Below, in pieces: positions 39,283-49,822 of a stretch of DNA of 64,000 bases (positions are counted from its first letter, which is position 1; each line of letters begins with the position of its first letter). Position numbers and translations under genes: made by a program. The DNA comes from an uncultured Planctomycetia bacterium (GTDB lineage Bacteria; Omnitrophota; Gorgyraeia; Duberdicusellales; 4484-171): positions 4,799 to 68,798 of the forward strand of contig CAZAYU010000005.1 in assembly GCA_964489445.1 (NCBI GenBank), in the 5' to 3' direction. The notes beneath the pieces are model-generated. The model saw only the letters and a list, made by a program, of their open reading frames with translations. It was not told where the DNA came from and made no database searches.

Positions 39283-41757
39283 CTAACACGGAAAGGTTAC
39301 TGTAAACTTAGCGCCATTACCTTGCCGACTTTCAACGATAATCTCTCCGCCATGCGCTTTTATAATATCATAACTTATGCTCAGGCCCAACCCTGTTCCC
39401 TGGCCAACTTTCTTTGTTGTAAAAAAAGGGTCAAATATTTTGTCAATGATTTCTTCAGGAATACCCTGTCCATCATCAGAAATCTCTACACAAACCCTTT
39501 CGTTTGCAAGATAAGTTTTCACAAGAATAGTTCCCTGTTTACGAATTGCCTGAGAAGCATTAACTAACAAATTAATAAATACTTGCCCCATCTGTTGAGT
39601 GTTCGCGATGATGAGAGGAATATCTCCGTATTCTTTAATAAGTTTAATTTTATATTTTATCTCATTCCAGACAATATTAACAATTCCGTCTATCACCTCA
39701 TTTAGATCGGTGTCACCACGTATATTATCATCCTGATGCGAAAATGTTTTTAAGTCCACTACTATTTTCTTAATCCTGCTAACACCTTCCTGGGATTCCT
39801 CTATAAGCTTAGTCACATCATTTAAAATATATTTAACGCCAAGCTCATTCTCCAAATCTCCGATATTGTTCTGAACATTAACCGCTTTTTTAATATCCTT
39901 TCTCTTTACTGCTGTCTGCAAAGCACTTAGCTGATTTAAAAAATCACAAATCCGGCTAATATATTTCTTAAGCGTTGCAATATTGCTAGTTACAAAGCCC
40001 AATGGATTATTTATTTCATGGGCAACTCCGGCAGCAAGCTGACCAATAGAAGCCATTTTTTCCGCTTGAATAAGTTTTTTTTGTGCACATTTTAATTCAT
40101 TGTGGGCAATATTCAAATCATAAAGCATATTGGTAAGTGCCTTTTCATTTTTCGATAAGCTTAAATTAACTTTTTCCAATTCCTCGCTTGCTTTTTTTCT
40201 ATCAGAAATATTAACCACCGAACAAACTACATACTTAATTGCGTCATCCTTTCCTAACTTACAGGATACAGAAAAATTAACCGGAATATACTTACCCAAG
40301 CTAGAACAAAGTATTGTTTCTCGATTCTTAATATACCCTTTATTATTCCTTATTAATTCTTCCCATTTTGTTTCTTTAAAGTGCTCATCTTCAGCAAAAA
40401 TGCTATTTATCAATTTACCAATTAGTTCCTTTTCTTTACAGTTTAAAAGTTTATTTCCTGCCGGATTTACAGTCAGTATAATTCCAACCGGATCAGTAAC
40501 TATAACCGACTCAACCAATGTGTTTAGAATATTATCTACATAGTCTCGGCTAACAGTCGCTATTGACAGATCCTTAGCCATCTTTTTTAAGGAATCTGCC
40601 AGCTGCCCAATCTCATCGTCAGAATTAATTTTTACCGGAGTATTTAGACGTCCTTTACCGAATTCAACAGCAAGCTTAGAAAGACGAACAACCGGGACAA
40701 TAATAACCCTAGAAACCGCAACCCCTAAGAATACTGCTAGCACAGCAGCTAGAAAAAAAATCATCCGCAAATCATTTCTCAAACGTAATACTGGCGCAAA
40801 TATTTCTGACGTATGATACTCTAATAATAAAACCCATCCTAGCTCTTTAAAACCTCGGTACCCTTCCGAATGTGCATAGCTAAACAGCCTTCCACTCTCG
40901 CTAAAAGCCCCCCCGTCAGCCATAAAATAGCCACTATTGCTGTTTTTAGGAAATAGATGCGCAATTAAATTGGGAGACACTTTAGCAAACAATTGAAAAC
41001 CATCGCTAGCGTAGATAATCCTTCCATTTTCATCCAGTAATTTGAATTCACTAGTCTGATACTGCTTATCTTTTTCGGCATCTTCTAGAATAATAAAAAT
41101 TTCTTTAATATTCAAGACAACTTTCATCACCCCGGCAAATTTTTTGTTTTGTTCGTCAATTCTTATTCCAACGCTTACAGCGTAAGCGCCTAGACTTTCA
41201 TCATACGCAACATCACTTATAGATAAACCATTCTGCTTGGCGTCTATCCACCATTTTTCGTCAGCCTGATAGTAATCAGTAGTTTTTCCGCTAAGCGCAA
41301 CTACCGCTCCATAGCGGTTAGTCACGAAAACTTCAGAAATAACCTTAAATTCGTACATCTGCTGGTCAATATCTACTCGTCGGCGTAAAATCAACGACAC
41401 ATCATTACTCAACAATTCTTGAATAAACGGAGTTATTTCACTCTTAAAGGCAGAGATCCATTCTTTATCTTTTTCCTGAATATATTCTAGAGAATCATTG
41501 ATTAGCGAAAACTGTTGATTACTCTTTAAGACTTGCTCTTGAATGGTTAGATCTTTGCAAAGAATTTGGAATTCTTGAACCCGGAAGTATAAATTCAAAT
41601 CAATTTTATCTATCAAACCTTCTGCTAAGGATACTGAACTTTTTCCAATAGCGCTCTCTAACGCTTCACGACTAGCGCGGACAGCAATATAACCAACAGC
41701 CAGGATAAAAAGAGAAATCACCAGAAAACTAAAAACTAGTTTATGTGTTATTTTCAT
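39283..41757 (-). CDS. Membrane sensor histidine kinase (Cache-HAMP-PAS-HisKA-HATPase)
   Basis: Two TMs, DEIGQLA HAMP, PAS, GVAHEINNPL H-box, N/G1/F/G2 boxes. Confidence 0.95.
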   Translation of the reverse strand: MKITHKLVFSFLVISLFILAVGYIAVRASREALESAIGKSSVSLAEGLIDKIDLNLYFRVQEFQILCKDLTIQEQVLKSNQQFSLINDSLEYIQEKDKEWISAFKSEITPFIQELLSNDVSLILRRRVDIDQQMYEFKVISEVFVTNRYGAVVALSGKTTDYYQADEKWWIDAKQNGLSISDVAYDESLGAYAVSVGIRIDEQNKKFAGVMKVVLNIKEIFIILEDAEKDKQYQTSEFKLLDENGRIIYASDGFQLFAKVSPNLIAHLFPKNSNSGYFMADGGAFSESGRLFSYAHSEGYRGFKELGWVLLLEYHTSEIFAPVLRLRNDLRMIFFLAAVLAVFLGVAVSRVIIVPVVRLSKLAVEFGKGRLNTPVKINSDDEIGQLADSLKKMAKDLSIATVSRDYVDNILNTLVESVIVTDPVGIILTVNPAGNKLLNCKEKELIGKLINSIFAEDEHFKETKWEELIRNNKGYIKNRETILCSSLGKYIPVNFSVSCKLGKDDAIKYVVCSVVNISDRKKASEELEKVNLSLSKNEKALTNMLYDLNIAHNELKCAQKKLIQAEKMASIGQLAAGVAHEINNPLGFVTSNIATLKKYISRICDFLNQLSALQTAVKRKDIKKAVNVQNNIGDLENELGVKYILNDVTKLIEESQEGVSRIKKIVVDLKTFSHQDDNIRGDTDLNEVIDGIVNIVWNEIKYKIKLIKEYGDIPLIIANTQQMGQVFINLLVNASQAIRKQGTILVKTYLANERVCVEISDDGQGIPEEIIDKIFDPFFTTKKVGQGTGLGLSISYDIIKAHGGEIIVESRQGNGAKFTVTFPC

Positions 41758-41777
41758 CCAAGGTATATCGTTACATT

Positions 41778-42164
41778 TTAATCTGTTAACAGCTCGGAAA
41801 TCTTTTTCTTAAATTTTTCATTATCAAACGGTTTTTCAAAATAGCAGTTAGCTCCTAAGACATCCATAAAGGCAGCTCCTACCCTTCCCGAAACTCCGGA
41901 GATGCCCACAATCTTTATATGTTTCATTCCTAGAGAATCCCGAATATGCATGCACGTCGCATAACCGTCTTTTCCCGGCATCTTAACATCTAAAACAATA
42001 AGATCTGGCGCAAACTCTTTAATTTTATCTTCTACTTCATTGCCGTCTCCAACTTCATCTATCTGGCAATTAAACTCTGTCACCAATAGTCTTCTTATAG
42101 ACTGACGCATTTCGTAATCATCATCAACTATCAGCACCTTTTTTTTCGACATTTCCGCCATCAT
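41778..42164 (-). CDS. Single-domain response regulator
   Basis: VLIVDDD, LDVKMPGKDG, KPF. Confidence 0.93.
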   Translation of the reverse strand: MMAEMSKKKVLIVDDDYEMRQSIRRLLVTEFNCQIDEVGDGNEVEDKIKEFAPDLIVLDVKMPGKDGYATCMHIRDSLGMKHIKIVGISGVSGRVGAAFMDVLGANCYFEKPFDNEKFKKKISELLTD

Positions 42165-42200
42165 AATACCCCCTCTATTTTTATTACGATGATTACCTAT

Positions 42201-42938
42201 CTATTCCGCAAACTGCACATCATAAGGCTCATCTCTTCCTAGCTCTCTAGACAAACTATTGATTTCTTTTTTTAACTCAATCATTTTAATCTCTCGACCA
42301 ATAGTTATCTCTTTAAACCGCTCTGAATCTTTTAGCTTCTCTTTAAGTTCTCTTTCAATTTCTTTTTGCTGGCTGATATTTAAAAAAAGACTAACCACAA
42401 TATCTTTCACCACCACCGTGTTGATTAAAACCGGAACCAAACCCCCATCTTTATATTGCAGGATTCCTTCGTAACCAGCAACGCATCCTTGTTGGATAAT
42501 CTGATTAAACTTGCCAATACTTTTTTTCTTCTCATGCGAAGGGTATAGGTCAGTTTGATGCATTCCAATAATCTCTTCTTTTGAACATCCAATAATTTTC
42601 TCCGCATAAATATTACAGTCAATTATTTTACCTGTTGATAACTCCGCAATAAATATTGCCCCCCCAGAATTGTTAAATATTATTTTTAGTTTAGCTTCTG
42701 ATTCTTGTAGTTCTTTCTCCATTTTAACGCGTTCAGCAATTTCCAGAGACAATTTCTTATTAGTACTTATAAATTCTTCAGAACTTACATCGAAAGAATG
42801 CTCTATGAGCTTACGATCCGTATCAAAAGAGTCATAAGCATCACTAATTGCTCTCAATAACGATTCCATTCCTTCAGGTATAGAATTTAAATTCCCAAAA
42901 ATTTTTCTGATTTGACGTTCTAACAGTTTATTAAACAT
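42201..42938 (-). CDS. PAS domain protein without a catalytic output domain
   Basis: N-terminal KLLERQIRK helix, PAS (IIDCN..AE..G.SKEEIIG), C-terminal GREIKMIELKKEIN coiled coil. Confidence 0.8.
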   Translation of the reverse strand: MFNKLLERQIRKIFGNLNSIPEGMESLLRAISDAYDSFDTDRKLIEHSFDVSSEEFISTNKKLSLEIAERVKMEKELQESEAKLKIIFNNSGGAIFIAELSTGKIIDCNIYAEKIIGCSKEEIIGMHQTDLYPSHEKKKSIGKFNQIIQQGCVAGYEGILQYKDGGLVPVLINTVVVKDIVVSLFLNISQQKEIERELKEKLKDSERFKEITIGREIKMIELKKEINSLSRELGRDEPYDVQFAE

Positions 42939-42947
42939 CGCAACCTC

Positions 42948-44093
42948 TTATTCTGATTCAGAAAAAACAGTGACTGTCATTGTCTGGTTATGTAGCTTAC
43001 ATTGCTTTTCTAAAGGAGTAGCCGGACATATTTCGCCATAGGAATAAAAACCAGCCATAGCCACATTTTCCCCTAACACTTGCCGAACACATTCCAGTTC
43101 TTCTTCTACTCTTTGCTTTAAAACTAGTTTACGGCCCACACAACTGACTAATATCGCTAAATCTGGCACGCAAGATCCAAATAACTGGCAACTCATTTTG
43201 GCTGCTTCGAAGGCCCCATCAACCAATCGCTCAGGATTAGCTTTCATCAAACGTACATAGCTTCCTTCCGGAATATCACCGGCGAATGTAACACTCATGT
43301 CTTGTTCATTAACTGCAAGCATAGTTCGAACAAGGTTAGTACTATTTCCTTCTAGACGAAGATTAAGCGGAAAAAAAAGCCCGGTAGCCGGCAACCCATG
43401 AGACTGACTACCTAAATATTTCTTGTATAAATCCAAAGCTGGCTCACCATCTAATTCATACAAAACATTTCCCTCAGAACGAGTCACCATTCTGTCGGAG
43501 CCAAAAGAATCCCATCCGCCCATAGATCCATATCCAATTTTAATTTTGTTTCCATAAAACCCAATTGCTCCCACCATATTTCTATCAGGAGGACTATTAG
43601 AAAATATTAGCGTTTCCCTAAAGCGATCTTGATCGCCAGCTAAACCTCCAGTAACCGCGACCCCTTCCGGAAGCCCGCTCATTAATCCTCGCGCTAGTTC
43701 ACTTCCGTTTACATTTAACCCGTCAGAAAGTATAAAAACATGCGCTAACCCTTCTTTTTTTAAACAATCGGCTAATTCTTTTCCAGATGAAATGCTATCC
43801 TGCATCTTTTCTACTCTTACCCGTGCAAATTGCACAGTAGTACGTTTAAAAGATACTGCTGTAGCAACTAAAGCGTCATTAAATAATTCTGTACCTATAA
43901 TTTCGCCAGCCGTCGAGCAACCGATAATCCCAGCATTCGGATACAAGGTCTTTATCTCCTGAAAGCGCTCATGACTCTTTAAAAGTTCTAGTTCACCGAA
44001 TAGAAACACTAAACTAGCTGATTCTTGGAGATCACAAGAAGAAATAACCTCCCACCCAGAACTTTCCTTCCATATTTTTTGCTCTGTATTCAT
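42948..44093 (-). CDS. FIST N/C domain sensory protein (NosP-like)
   Basis: GCSTAGEI, SDGLNVNG, GGLAGD, ELDGEPAL, SCVGRK, GFYSYGEI, LHNQT. Confidence 0.93.
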   Translation of the reverse strand: MNTEQKIWKESSGWEVISSCDLQESASLVFLFGELELLKSHERFQEIKTLYPNAGIIGCSTAGEIIGTELFNDALVATAVSFKRTTVQFARVRVEKMQDSISSGKELADCLKKEGLAHVFILSDGLNVNGSELARGLMSGLPEGVAVTGGLAGDQDRFRETLIFSNSPPDRNMVGAIGFYGNKIKIGYGSMGGWDSFGSDRMVTRSEGNVLYELDGEPALDLYKKYLGSQSHGLPATGLFFPLNLRLEGNSTNLVRTMLAVNEQDMSVTFAGDIPEGSYVRLMKANPERLVDGAFEAAKMSCQLFGSCVPDLAILVSCVGRKLVLKQRVEEELECVRQVLGENVAMAGFYSYGEICPATPLEKQCKLHNQTMTVTVFSESE

Positions 44094-44201
44094 TTATTAC
44101 CCTCCAAGGCCTGACCTATATTATAACAATTATGCCGCAATAAGCAATTATTCTGTAAGATGCCCCTGCCATCCAATTACGTAGAAAAATTCCTTTTTTA
44201 T

Positions 44202-44612
44202 TTACTCTTGGGAAGGAACTTTGCGAAGTTCTTTTTTTTCTGAATTAATCTTTTTATTTCTAAGAACCTTTTCTTTAGCTTTACGAGAACGCCGGCGTTT
44301 TTGACGTCGGATTTTTTCTACTTCTTGACTCTTCTTGGCCTGCTTACCTAAAACAAGCGATTCAATTTTATCAACTAATATCCTTCGCGCCAAAAAACGA
44401 TTTAAATTCTGTGATCTCTCTTTTTGACACTTAACCTCAATTTTAGTAGGCCTATGTTTTAAATAAACACAAACTGAAGTTTTGTTAACCTTCTGTCCAC
44501 CTTTTTTGCTGGCCCGAATGAATTTTTCATCTATATCTACCTCTCTTACCCCGAGCGAATCCATTCTTTTGAGCAATAACTCTTCTTTTTCTTTTTTTAC
44601 TTTAAATCTCAT
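44202..44612 (-). CDS. Peptide chain release factor-like protein (RF-1 GGQ domain, ArfB-like)
   Basis: GGQKVNKT, H.PT.I.VKCQ.ERSQ..NR, basic C-terminal tail. Confidence 0.88.
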   Translation of the reverse strand: MRFKVKKEKEELLLKRMDSLGVREVDIDEKFIRASKKGGQKVNKTSVCVYLKHRPTKIEVKCQKERSQNLNRFLARRILVDKIESLVLGKQAKKSQEVEKIRRQKRRRSRKAKEKVLRNKKINSEKKELRKVPSQE

Positions 44613-44636
44613 CCCGGTTTTTAACCTAACATAATT

Positions 44637-44671
44637 AAAGGCTCTCCAAACAAATTACCTGGAGAGCCTTT
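44637..44671. terminator. Intrinsic terminator hairpin
   Basis: AAAGGCTCTCCA / TGGAGAGCCTTT inverted repeat downstream of the 44687 gene. Confidence 0.7.
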
Positions 44672-44686
44672 TAAGCAAATAACTTA

Positions 44687-45061
44687 TTACAAATAACCTT
44701 TAATTGTCTCTAGCAAATTTCTTGCCGGTATTTCTTCACCAAACCCATAGCGAACTTCGATTCTTACATTATTGGGTCCCTTATCCAAGACATCTACCGA
44801 AACTTTTTTATTTAATTGATCTTCACCCCGAAGTTGCGTTACTTTGTTTTTGACTACTTTGTCGGTTAAAGTTATTTTTTCAGCACTAAATGCTTTCTCA
44901 GTGGCCAAAGCTCCTCTTGCCATTGATACTGATTCCTCAGAAATAACTTTTCCCGCCTGCCAAAGTGCTGTTCCTCCAGCACCAGCCAGCAAAGCCAAGC
45001 ATCCTGAAGAAAAAATCAGCACCCCGAATAAAAAACACACACCTATAGCTCTTCTACCCAT
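44687..45061 (-). CDS. Small lipoprotein (DUF3568-like)
   Basis: Lipobox FSSGC followed by LLAGAGG; AAGGAGG RBS. Confidence 0.7.
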   Translation of the reverse strand: MGRRAIGVCFLFGVLIFSSGCLALLAGAGGTALWQAGKVISEESVSMARGALATEKAFSAEKITLTDKVVKNKVTQLRGEDQLNKKVSVDVLDKGPNNVRIEVRYGFGEEIPARNLLETIKGYL

Positions 45062-45128
45062 TCTTTCCCTCCTTTTTTGCAGTTATTTTCGTTTATTTTC
45101 GAAGCATTCTTTCCTTGGATCCCAAAAT

Positions 45129-45377
45129 TTAGAGCACTTTTTTGATTGCCGAATCCTCACTAAAACGCACATATATCTGGTTACGTTCTACTTCACTTGC
45201 AACAGTTGCCTGGACACTCAAGGAAATATATTTTCCACTTTTGCTTTTATTCGATATGAAAATGCTGTACTGTTTGTCTTTCAGGATAATTTTTACCACT
45301 TCTCGTAACTCTTTTTCGCTTGCACCTATAACCAGATACGACCACAGGCATGGATATATTATTTTGCTTTTTTCCAT
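45129..45377 (-). CDS. DUF493 / YbeD-like protein
   Basis: YPC.WSY.VIG, SKSGKYISL, final KVL. Confidence 0.85.
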   Translation of the reverse strand: MEKSKIIYPCLWSYLVIGASEKELREVVKIILKDKQYSIFISNKSKSGKYISLSVQATVASEVERNQIYVRFSEDSAIKKVL

Positions 45378-45422
45378 ATTTAATCACCGAACAAAACACT
45401 ACAACCCATCACTTACGTTAAC

Positions 45423-46472
45423 TTAAAGTAAATCTTTATTAATTCTTAGGATAAATTGTTTTACCAGTTTTATAGTATTCTCCAAATCCTTAAGACTGAC
45501 CACTTCTACTGGTGTATGCATATACCTTAATGGAATGCCTACCAATCCAGTAGCTACTCCTGTTTTAGTGAGCTGAATAACATTAGCATCTGTTCCGGTA
45601 GGTCGAGGTATTGCCTCTATCTGGTAAGGAATATCTTGCTCCCTTGCCACACATACTAACAAATCAAATATTTTAGAATTAATGTTCGGACCCCTGGCAA
45701 TTACCGGGCCTGCACCAATTTTAATATCCCCTGTCTTTTTTTTATCCATTGTTGGAAAGTCAGTAGCAAAAGCTACATCAATGGCAATTCCAATATCCGG
45801 AGAAATCCCATAAGCACTCGTTTTTGCACCTCTTAACCCAATCTCTTCCTGCACTGTGGCAACGCCGGATAAACAGGCATCAAAGTTTTCCGTAGAAAGC
45901 AATTTTAGAACTTCCGCAACAACAAATGCTCCAGCTTTATCGTCTAATCCTCTACCGACTATTCGATCAGAACATAAAACATTAAAACCTACGTCAATAA
46001 CCGCTACATCCCCGATGTCAACCTTAGATTTAGTTTCATTTTCATTCTCTGCCCCGATATCAATCCACAAATCAGAAATCTTATCTACTTTTTTCCTCTC
46101 CTCTGGTTCTAATAAATGAATCGGCTTTTTTCCAATTACTCCTAAAACATTCCCATTTTTTGTCTTGATTCTGACTCGCTGCCCAGAGACTAAACGTGAA
46201 TCAACCCCACCAACTGCCGAAAAATAAATAAACCCCTCTTTGTCAATATACTTTACCATAAACCCAATCTCATCAACATGCGCAGCAATCATTACCTTAG
46301 GAGTCTTTTCTTCATTCAAAATCGCAATGCTGTTTCCGTGAATATCACTTTTTACTTTTTCTACGCTCTTGCCCACCTCTTCCTTCCAGATGAGGCTAGT
46401 CTCCTCTTCAGACCCCGAAGGGCTAGCTGCGTTAATTAATTTCTTTAAAAACTCTAATGATTTTTCTTCCAT
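45423..46472 (-). CDS. M42 family aminopeptidase
   Basis: SPSG.E, AHVDEIG, LDDKAG, VQEEIGLRGA, GTDA, RYMHTP.E. Confidence 0.95.
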   Translation of the reverse strand: MEEKSLEFLKKLINAASPSGSEEETSLIWKEEVGKSVEKVKSDIHGNSIAILNEEKTPKVMIAAHVDEIGFMVKYIDKEGFIYFSAVGGVDSRLVSGQRVRIKTKNGNVLGVIGKKPIHLLEPEERKKVDKISDLWIDIGAENENETKSKVDIGDVAVIDVGFNVLCSDRIVGRGLDDKAGAFVVAEVLKLLSTENFDACLSGVATVQEEIGLRGAKTSAYGISPDIGIAIDVAFATDFPTMDKKKTGDIKIGAGPVIARGPNINSKIFDLLVCVAREQDIPYQIEAIPRPTGTDANVIQLTKTGVATGLVGIPLRYMHTPVEVVSLKDLENTIKLVKQFILRINKDLL

Positions 46473-46589
46473 TTTAAACCTCCCTTAAAATAAATGCTTT
46501 ACTAATTACTTGTTATCTAAGTTGCAATTTCTAATCATTGTATCTCTGCTTAAACGCAATAACAAGAAATAAAATGGTTTAGGTCTTTC

Positions 46590-48017
46590 TTATGTTTCAT
46601 GGAAACCATCTATCAGGGTTATTTTATTCGCTTCATCCACCACTTTAATATTCTGCCATCTTCCGGACGCATACCGAAGATAAATCAATAACGCTCCTAA
46701 GAAAAACGAAATAATCATCACAAACCATGTTTTCTCGACTGAAAAATTAAAAATCTTCAAACAGATAAACTCAACTAATACTACTGATATATGCAATCCT
46801 ACTGTTAAACACATTGCCCAAAAAGTGTCACCAGCCCCCCTTAAAGCCCCAACGAGCGAACAGATTACTGTTTCCAATAAAACATACAGGCAGGCAATTC
46901 TAAGCATGGATACCGCAATTGGAAATGCTTTTTGATAGATATCATTTGCAATATCCGGCCTAAATAAATTAACCAGCTGCTCCGGGAAAAACATAAACAG
47001 AATAAACACAAATATTGAATAAACACTCCCTATTTTTAAACCAGATAACGTTGATCGACGAGCAACGCTTGGTTTTCCCGCCCCCATGTATCTACCCACT
47101 AAACTCATCACCCCGATTTCCACGCCCAACAGAGGAACAAAGGAAACCATATCCCAATTAATCATGATTGTTGATGCAGTCGCTACAACAGCATTTTGAG
47201 CATGGAATAAAAACATCATACCCGTAAACGCAGAAAAATTTATAAACAGTTCTACACCTGACGGGTAACCGAATCTTAGCAGCTTACCCATAACCTGCTT
47301 ATTAAAAATAAAAGAACTCAACAGCCTAAACTCTTGCACATTTTTTTTCTTAAGATACGCAACAAACAATATTAAAACCCCGACAAAGCTACCAACTACA
47401 GTCCCGATGGCTGCTCCCTTTATTCCTAGCGCTGGAAATTGGAACTTGCCGAAAATCAACAAGTAATTTAAAATAATATTAACAACCATGGATATGCCTG
47501 CAGAAAACATCACAACCTTAGTTTTTCCGATTCCACAAAAAAATCCACTTAAAGAACTCCTAAGGAGCATAAAAATCGCTGAAAAAACAATAATATTAAA
47601 ATAAACACACTGATATTCCAATTGTCGTGGATCAATCCCAGAATGTTGGAATAAAATCAAAATCAGCGGCTTACAGCATAGAATTAGCGGATAAGCAGCC
47701 AGAGAAATCAACAGCCCTTGAGTTACAACTATTGCGCATTTGTTTTTCTGTTTTGACCCAAAATACTGCGCAACTAAAACAGTGGAATACCCAACAAGCC
47801 CCAGAAAAAAGGTTCCTAACAAAAATGACGCCATTCCTCCACCCAAAGCCGCATTCATCCGCAAAGAGCCCAACTTTGATAAAAATATTCTATCAACAAA
47901 GATCATCGCCATATCGCAAGCGTACGAAACAATCATTGGGAAGGCTATTAAGGTCATTTCCTTAACGCTACCGGAATATTCCTTATTTTTTTGAACCTTT
48001 AAACTGCTATCATGCAT
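46590..48017 (-). CDS. MATE family transporter
   Basis: 12 TM, VAQYFG, N...NYLLIFG...PALGIKGAA.GT, LRGAGDT. Confidence 0.93.
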   Translation of the reverse strand: MHDSSLKVQKNKEYSGSVKEMTLIAFPMIVSYACDMAMIFVDRIFLSKLGSLRMNAALGGGMASFLLGTFFLGLVGYSTVLVAQYFGSKQKNKCAIVVTQGLLISLAAYPLILCCKPLILILFQHSGIDPRQLEYQCVYFNIIVFSAIFMLLRSSLSGFFCGIGKTKVVMFSAGISMVVNIILNYLLIFGKFQFPALGIKGAAIGTVVGSFVGVLILFVAYLKKKNVQEFRLLSSFIFNKQVMGKLLRFGYPSGVELFINFSAFTGMMFLFHAQNAVVATASTIMINWDMVSFVPLLGVEIGVMSLVGRYMGAGKPSVARRSTLSGLKIGSVYSIFVFILFMFFPEQLVNLFRPDIANDIYQKAFPIAVSMLRIACLYVLLETVICSLVGALRGAGDTFWAMCLTVGLHISVVLVEFICLKIFNFSVEKTWFVMIISFFLGALLIYLRYASGRWQNIKVVDEANKITLIDGFHET

Positions 48018-48172
48018 ATTAGGTATAGATTATTCTTGCTTTATTGTTTGCCATTTAACCACCATTATCTATCTATGATTTGTATTCTGCCGACGGCAAT
48101 AAAAAAATGGACCTCTTTCTTTATTAGGCGCAAGATAATTGTAAAACAAAAAATTACTTTTTTTGCAGACTC

Positions 48173-49822
48173 TTACTCCTGAGCAGGCACACTATATATG
48201 TAAGGAGTTCTGATTTTGAATTTTTTCGACAAGCTTCTTATTTCTCTGGCAGTATCCTCACTATACTCTCCATAATTTAACAAACCAATAAGATAATATA
48301 TTTTGTTCAATGCCCACTCTTTAGCTATCTCCTTGTTTCCCTCGTCCGAGTCATTTAGTGATCCTACCACAATAAATTCATTTGCTGAATCCTTAGAGTC
48401 TCCTAAAAGCTGCATCACAAAATCCTCTTTATCATTACACTTTCCATACAACGCAAATTCCGCATCGCGATAAATAGGGGGCAAGGATTTCGGGAATACG
48501 CTATCAGGGTCAATTCCTTTTATATTAAACCGAACATTCATTAAAACTGGATCTTTAATTTTGTTATACATCTCCCCAACTCGTCCTTCTATCGAGTCTA
48601 AACTATAGGCATACTCTGTCCATCCTTTATTTTTATACGAAATAAAATCTAGTAAATACCTATTCACCTCTTCTCCGGAACTGAAAGCAAAAATTGACTT
48701 TCGTCCGTTATTCTTTTGAGATATATCGCTGATTATCTTAGCTGGATTTGTTACTCCTTCTGTTGGGTACCCATCGCTAAACAATACAACACATGAAAGC
48801 TCTGCACTGCTCTTCATTCTAATACTCTCATAAAGGGCATTATACACATCTGTCCTTCTTGTCGCAATGAGCCCTTTTAAAAAAACATTGACCTTGCCCA
48901 TGTTGACTTCAGTCGGCGCTACTGACACAGTATTAAATTTATTTACTGTATCGCGAAACGCAATTATATTAAACCTGTCATTCTCATTAAGATTTTTCAA
49001 GCAATACAGGATTCCTTTTTCTATCTTTAGCAAACGCTCAGAGCGTACGCTCAAAGAGCTGTCAATTAAAAAGATTACATCTTTGGAAAACGTGCCTAGC
49101 GACTCTGCTGCTGTTCCGGTTCGAATAACAAGCTTAAAGTACCGCTGCTTATCTTCGGGGTCCTTGTAGGTAGAAAGATACGAGATAAGATATCCATCTA
49201 AATTAGATAGCTTTGTATCTTGAGACACAAATGGTTTATACCCTTTAGAAAACCTGTCAAAAATTTTATGCTTAAGCGAATTTAAAAAACCACTTCCGGA
49301 TGGAGTAAACCCCGGCATTTTTTCCTTAAACTCTTCAGGAAGCTCTGTTTTCCTTAGAAATTCTTTTTCCCTATTTGCGCTTAAAGTTCCTGCATCATTT
49401 TGGGAAAATCTAACCAGTTCCTTTCGTGTTTTCCTAGTCCTTTTTTCTTCTCGAAAAATATGAGGCTTCTCCACTGTATTAAACTCATTCTCCAAAACAG
49501 AAAAAGGTTTCAGCGTTTTGGTTTTCTCTGCCTCTACAGTAGGACTTATCTTTTTCCGGACAAGCTCTTCTTCGAAGCCAATGATTTTTGAGTAAGAAGG
49601 CTGCTGAAATTTTAAAGCCTGAGTATAAGTTACGCCTCTTTTAACGAATGGCTTACTCTCGGGAATCTCAAAATCTATTGATTTAAGCTTGAATATTTGG
49701 TTTGCACTTTTTACCAGCGGCTGAACAACATTTAATTTTATTTTAGTACTGCCTGCTAATAAAATCAAATGCACAATTAAAGACACCCCTACAGAATAAA
49801 AAAATAGTTTTTTAGTCCGCAT
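48173..49822 (-). CDS. Membrane-anchored vWA domain protein (inter-alpha-trypsin-inhibitor-like vWA)
   Basis: TonB-like anchor SLIVH; DVIFLIDSSLS MIDAS, DRFNIIAF, LFSDG.PT.G. Confidence 0.85.
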   Translation of the reverse strand: MRTKKLFFYSVGVSLIVHLILLAGSTKIKLNVVQPLVKSANQIFKLKSIDFEIPESKPFVKRGVTYTQALKFQQPSYSKIIGFEEELVRKKISPTVEAEKTKTLKPFSVLENEFNTVEKPHIFREEKRTRKTRKELVRFSQNDAGTLSANREKEFLRKTELPEEFKEKMPGFTPSGSGFLNSLKHKIFDRFSKGYKPFVSQDTKLSNLDGYLISYLSTYKDPEDKQRYFKLVIRTGTAAESLGTFSKDVIFLIDSSLSVRSERLLKIEKGILYCLKNLNENDRFNIIAFRDTVNKFNTVSVAPTEVNMGKVNVFLKGLIATRRTDVYNALYESIRMKSSAELSCVVLFSDGYPTEGVTNPAKIISDISQKNNGRKSIFAFSSGEEVNRYLLDFISYKNKGWTEYAYSLDSIEGRVGEMYNKIKDPVLMNVRFNIKGIDPDSVFPKSLPPIYRDAEFALYGKCNDKEDFVMQLLGDSKDSANEFIVVGSLNDSDEGNKEIAKEWALNKIYYLIGLLNYGEYSEDTAREIRSLSKKFKIRTPYIYSVPAQE

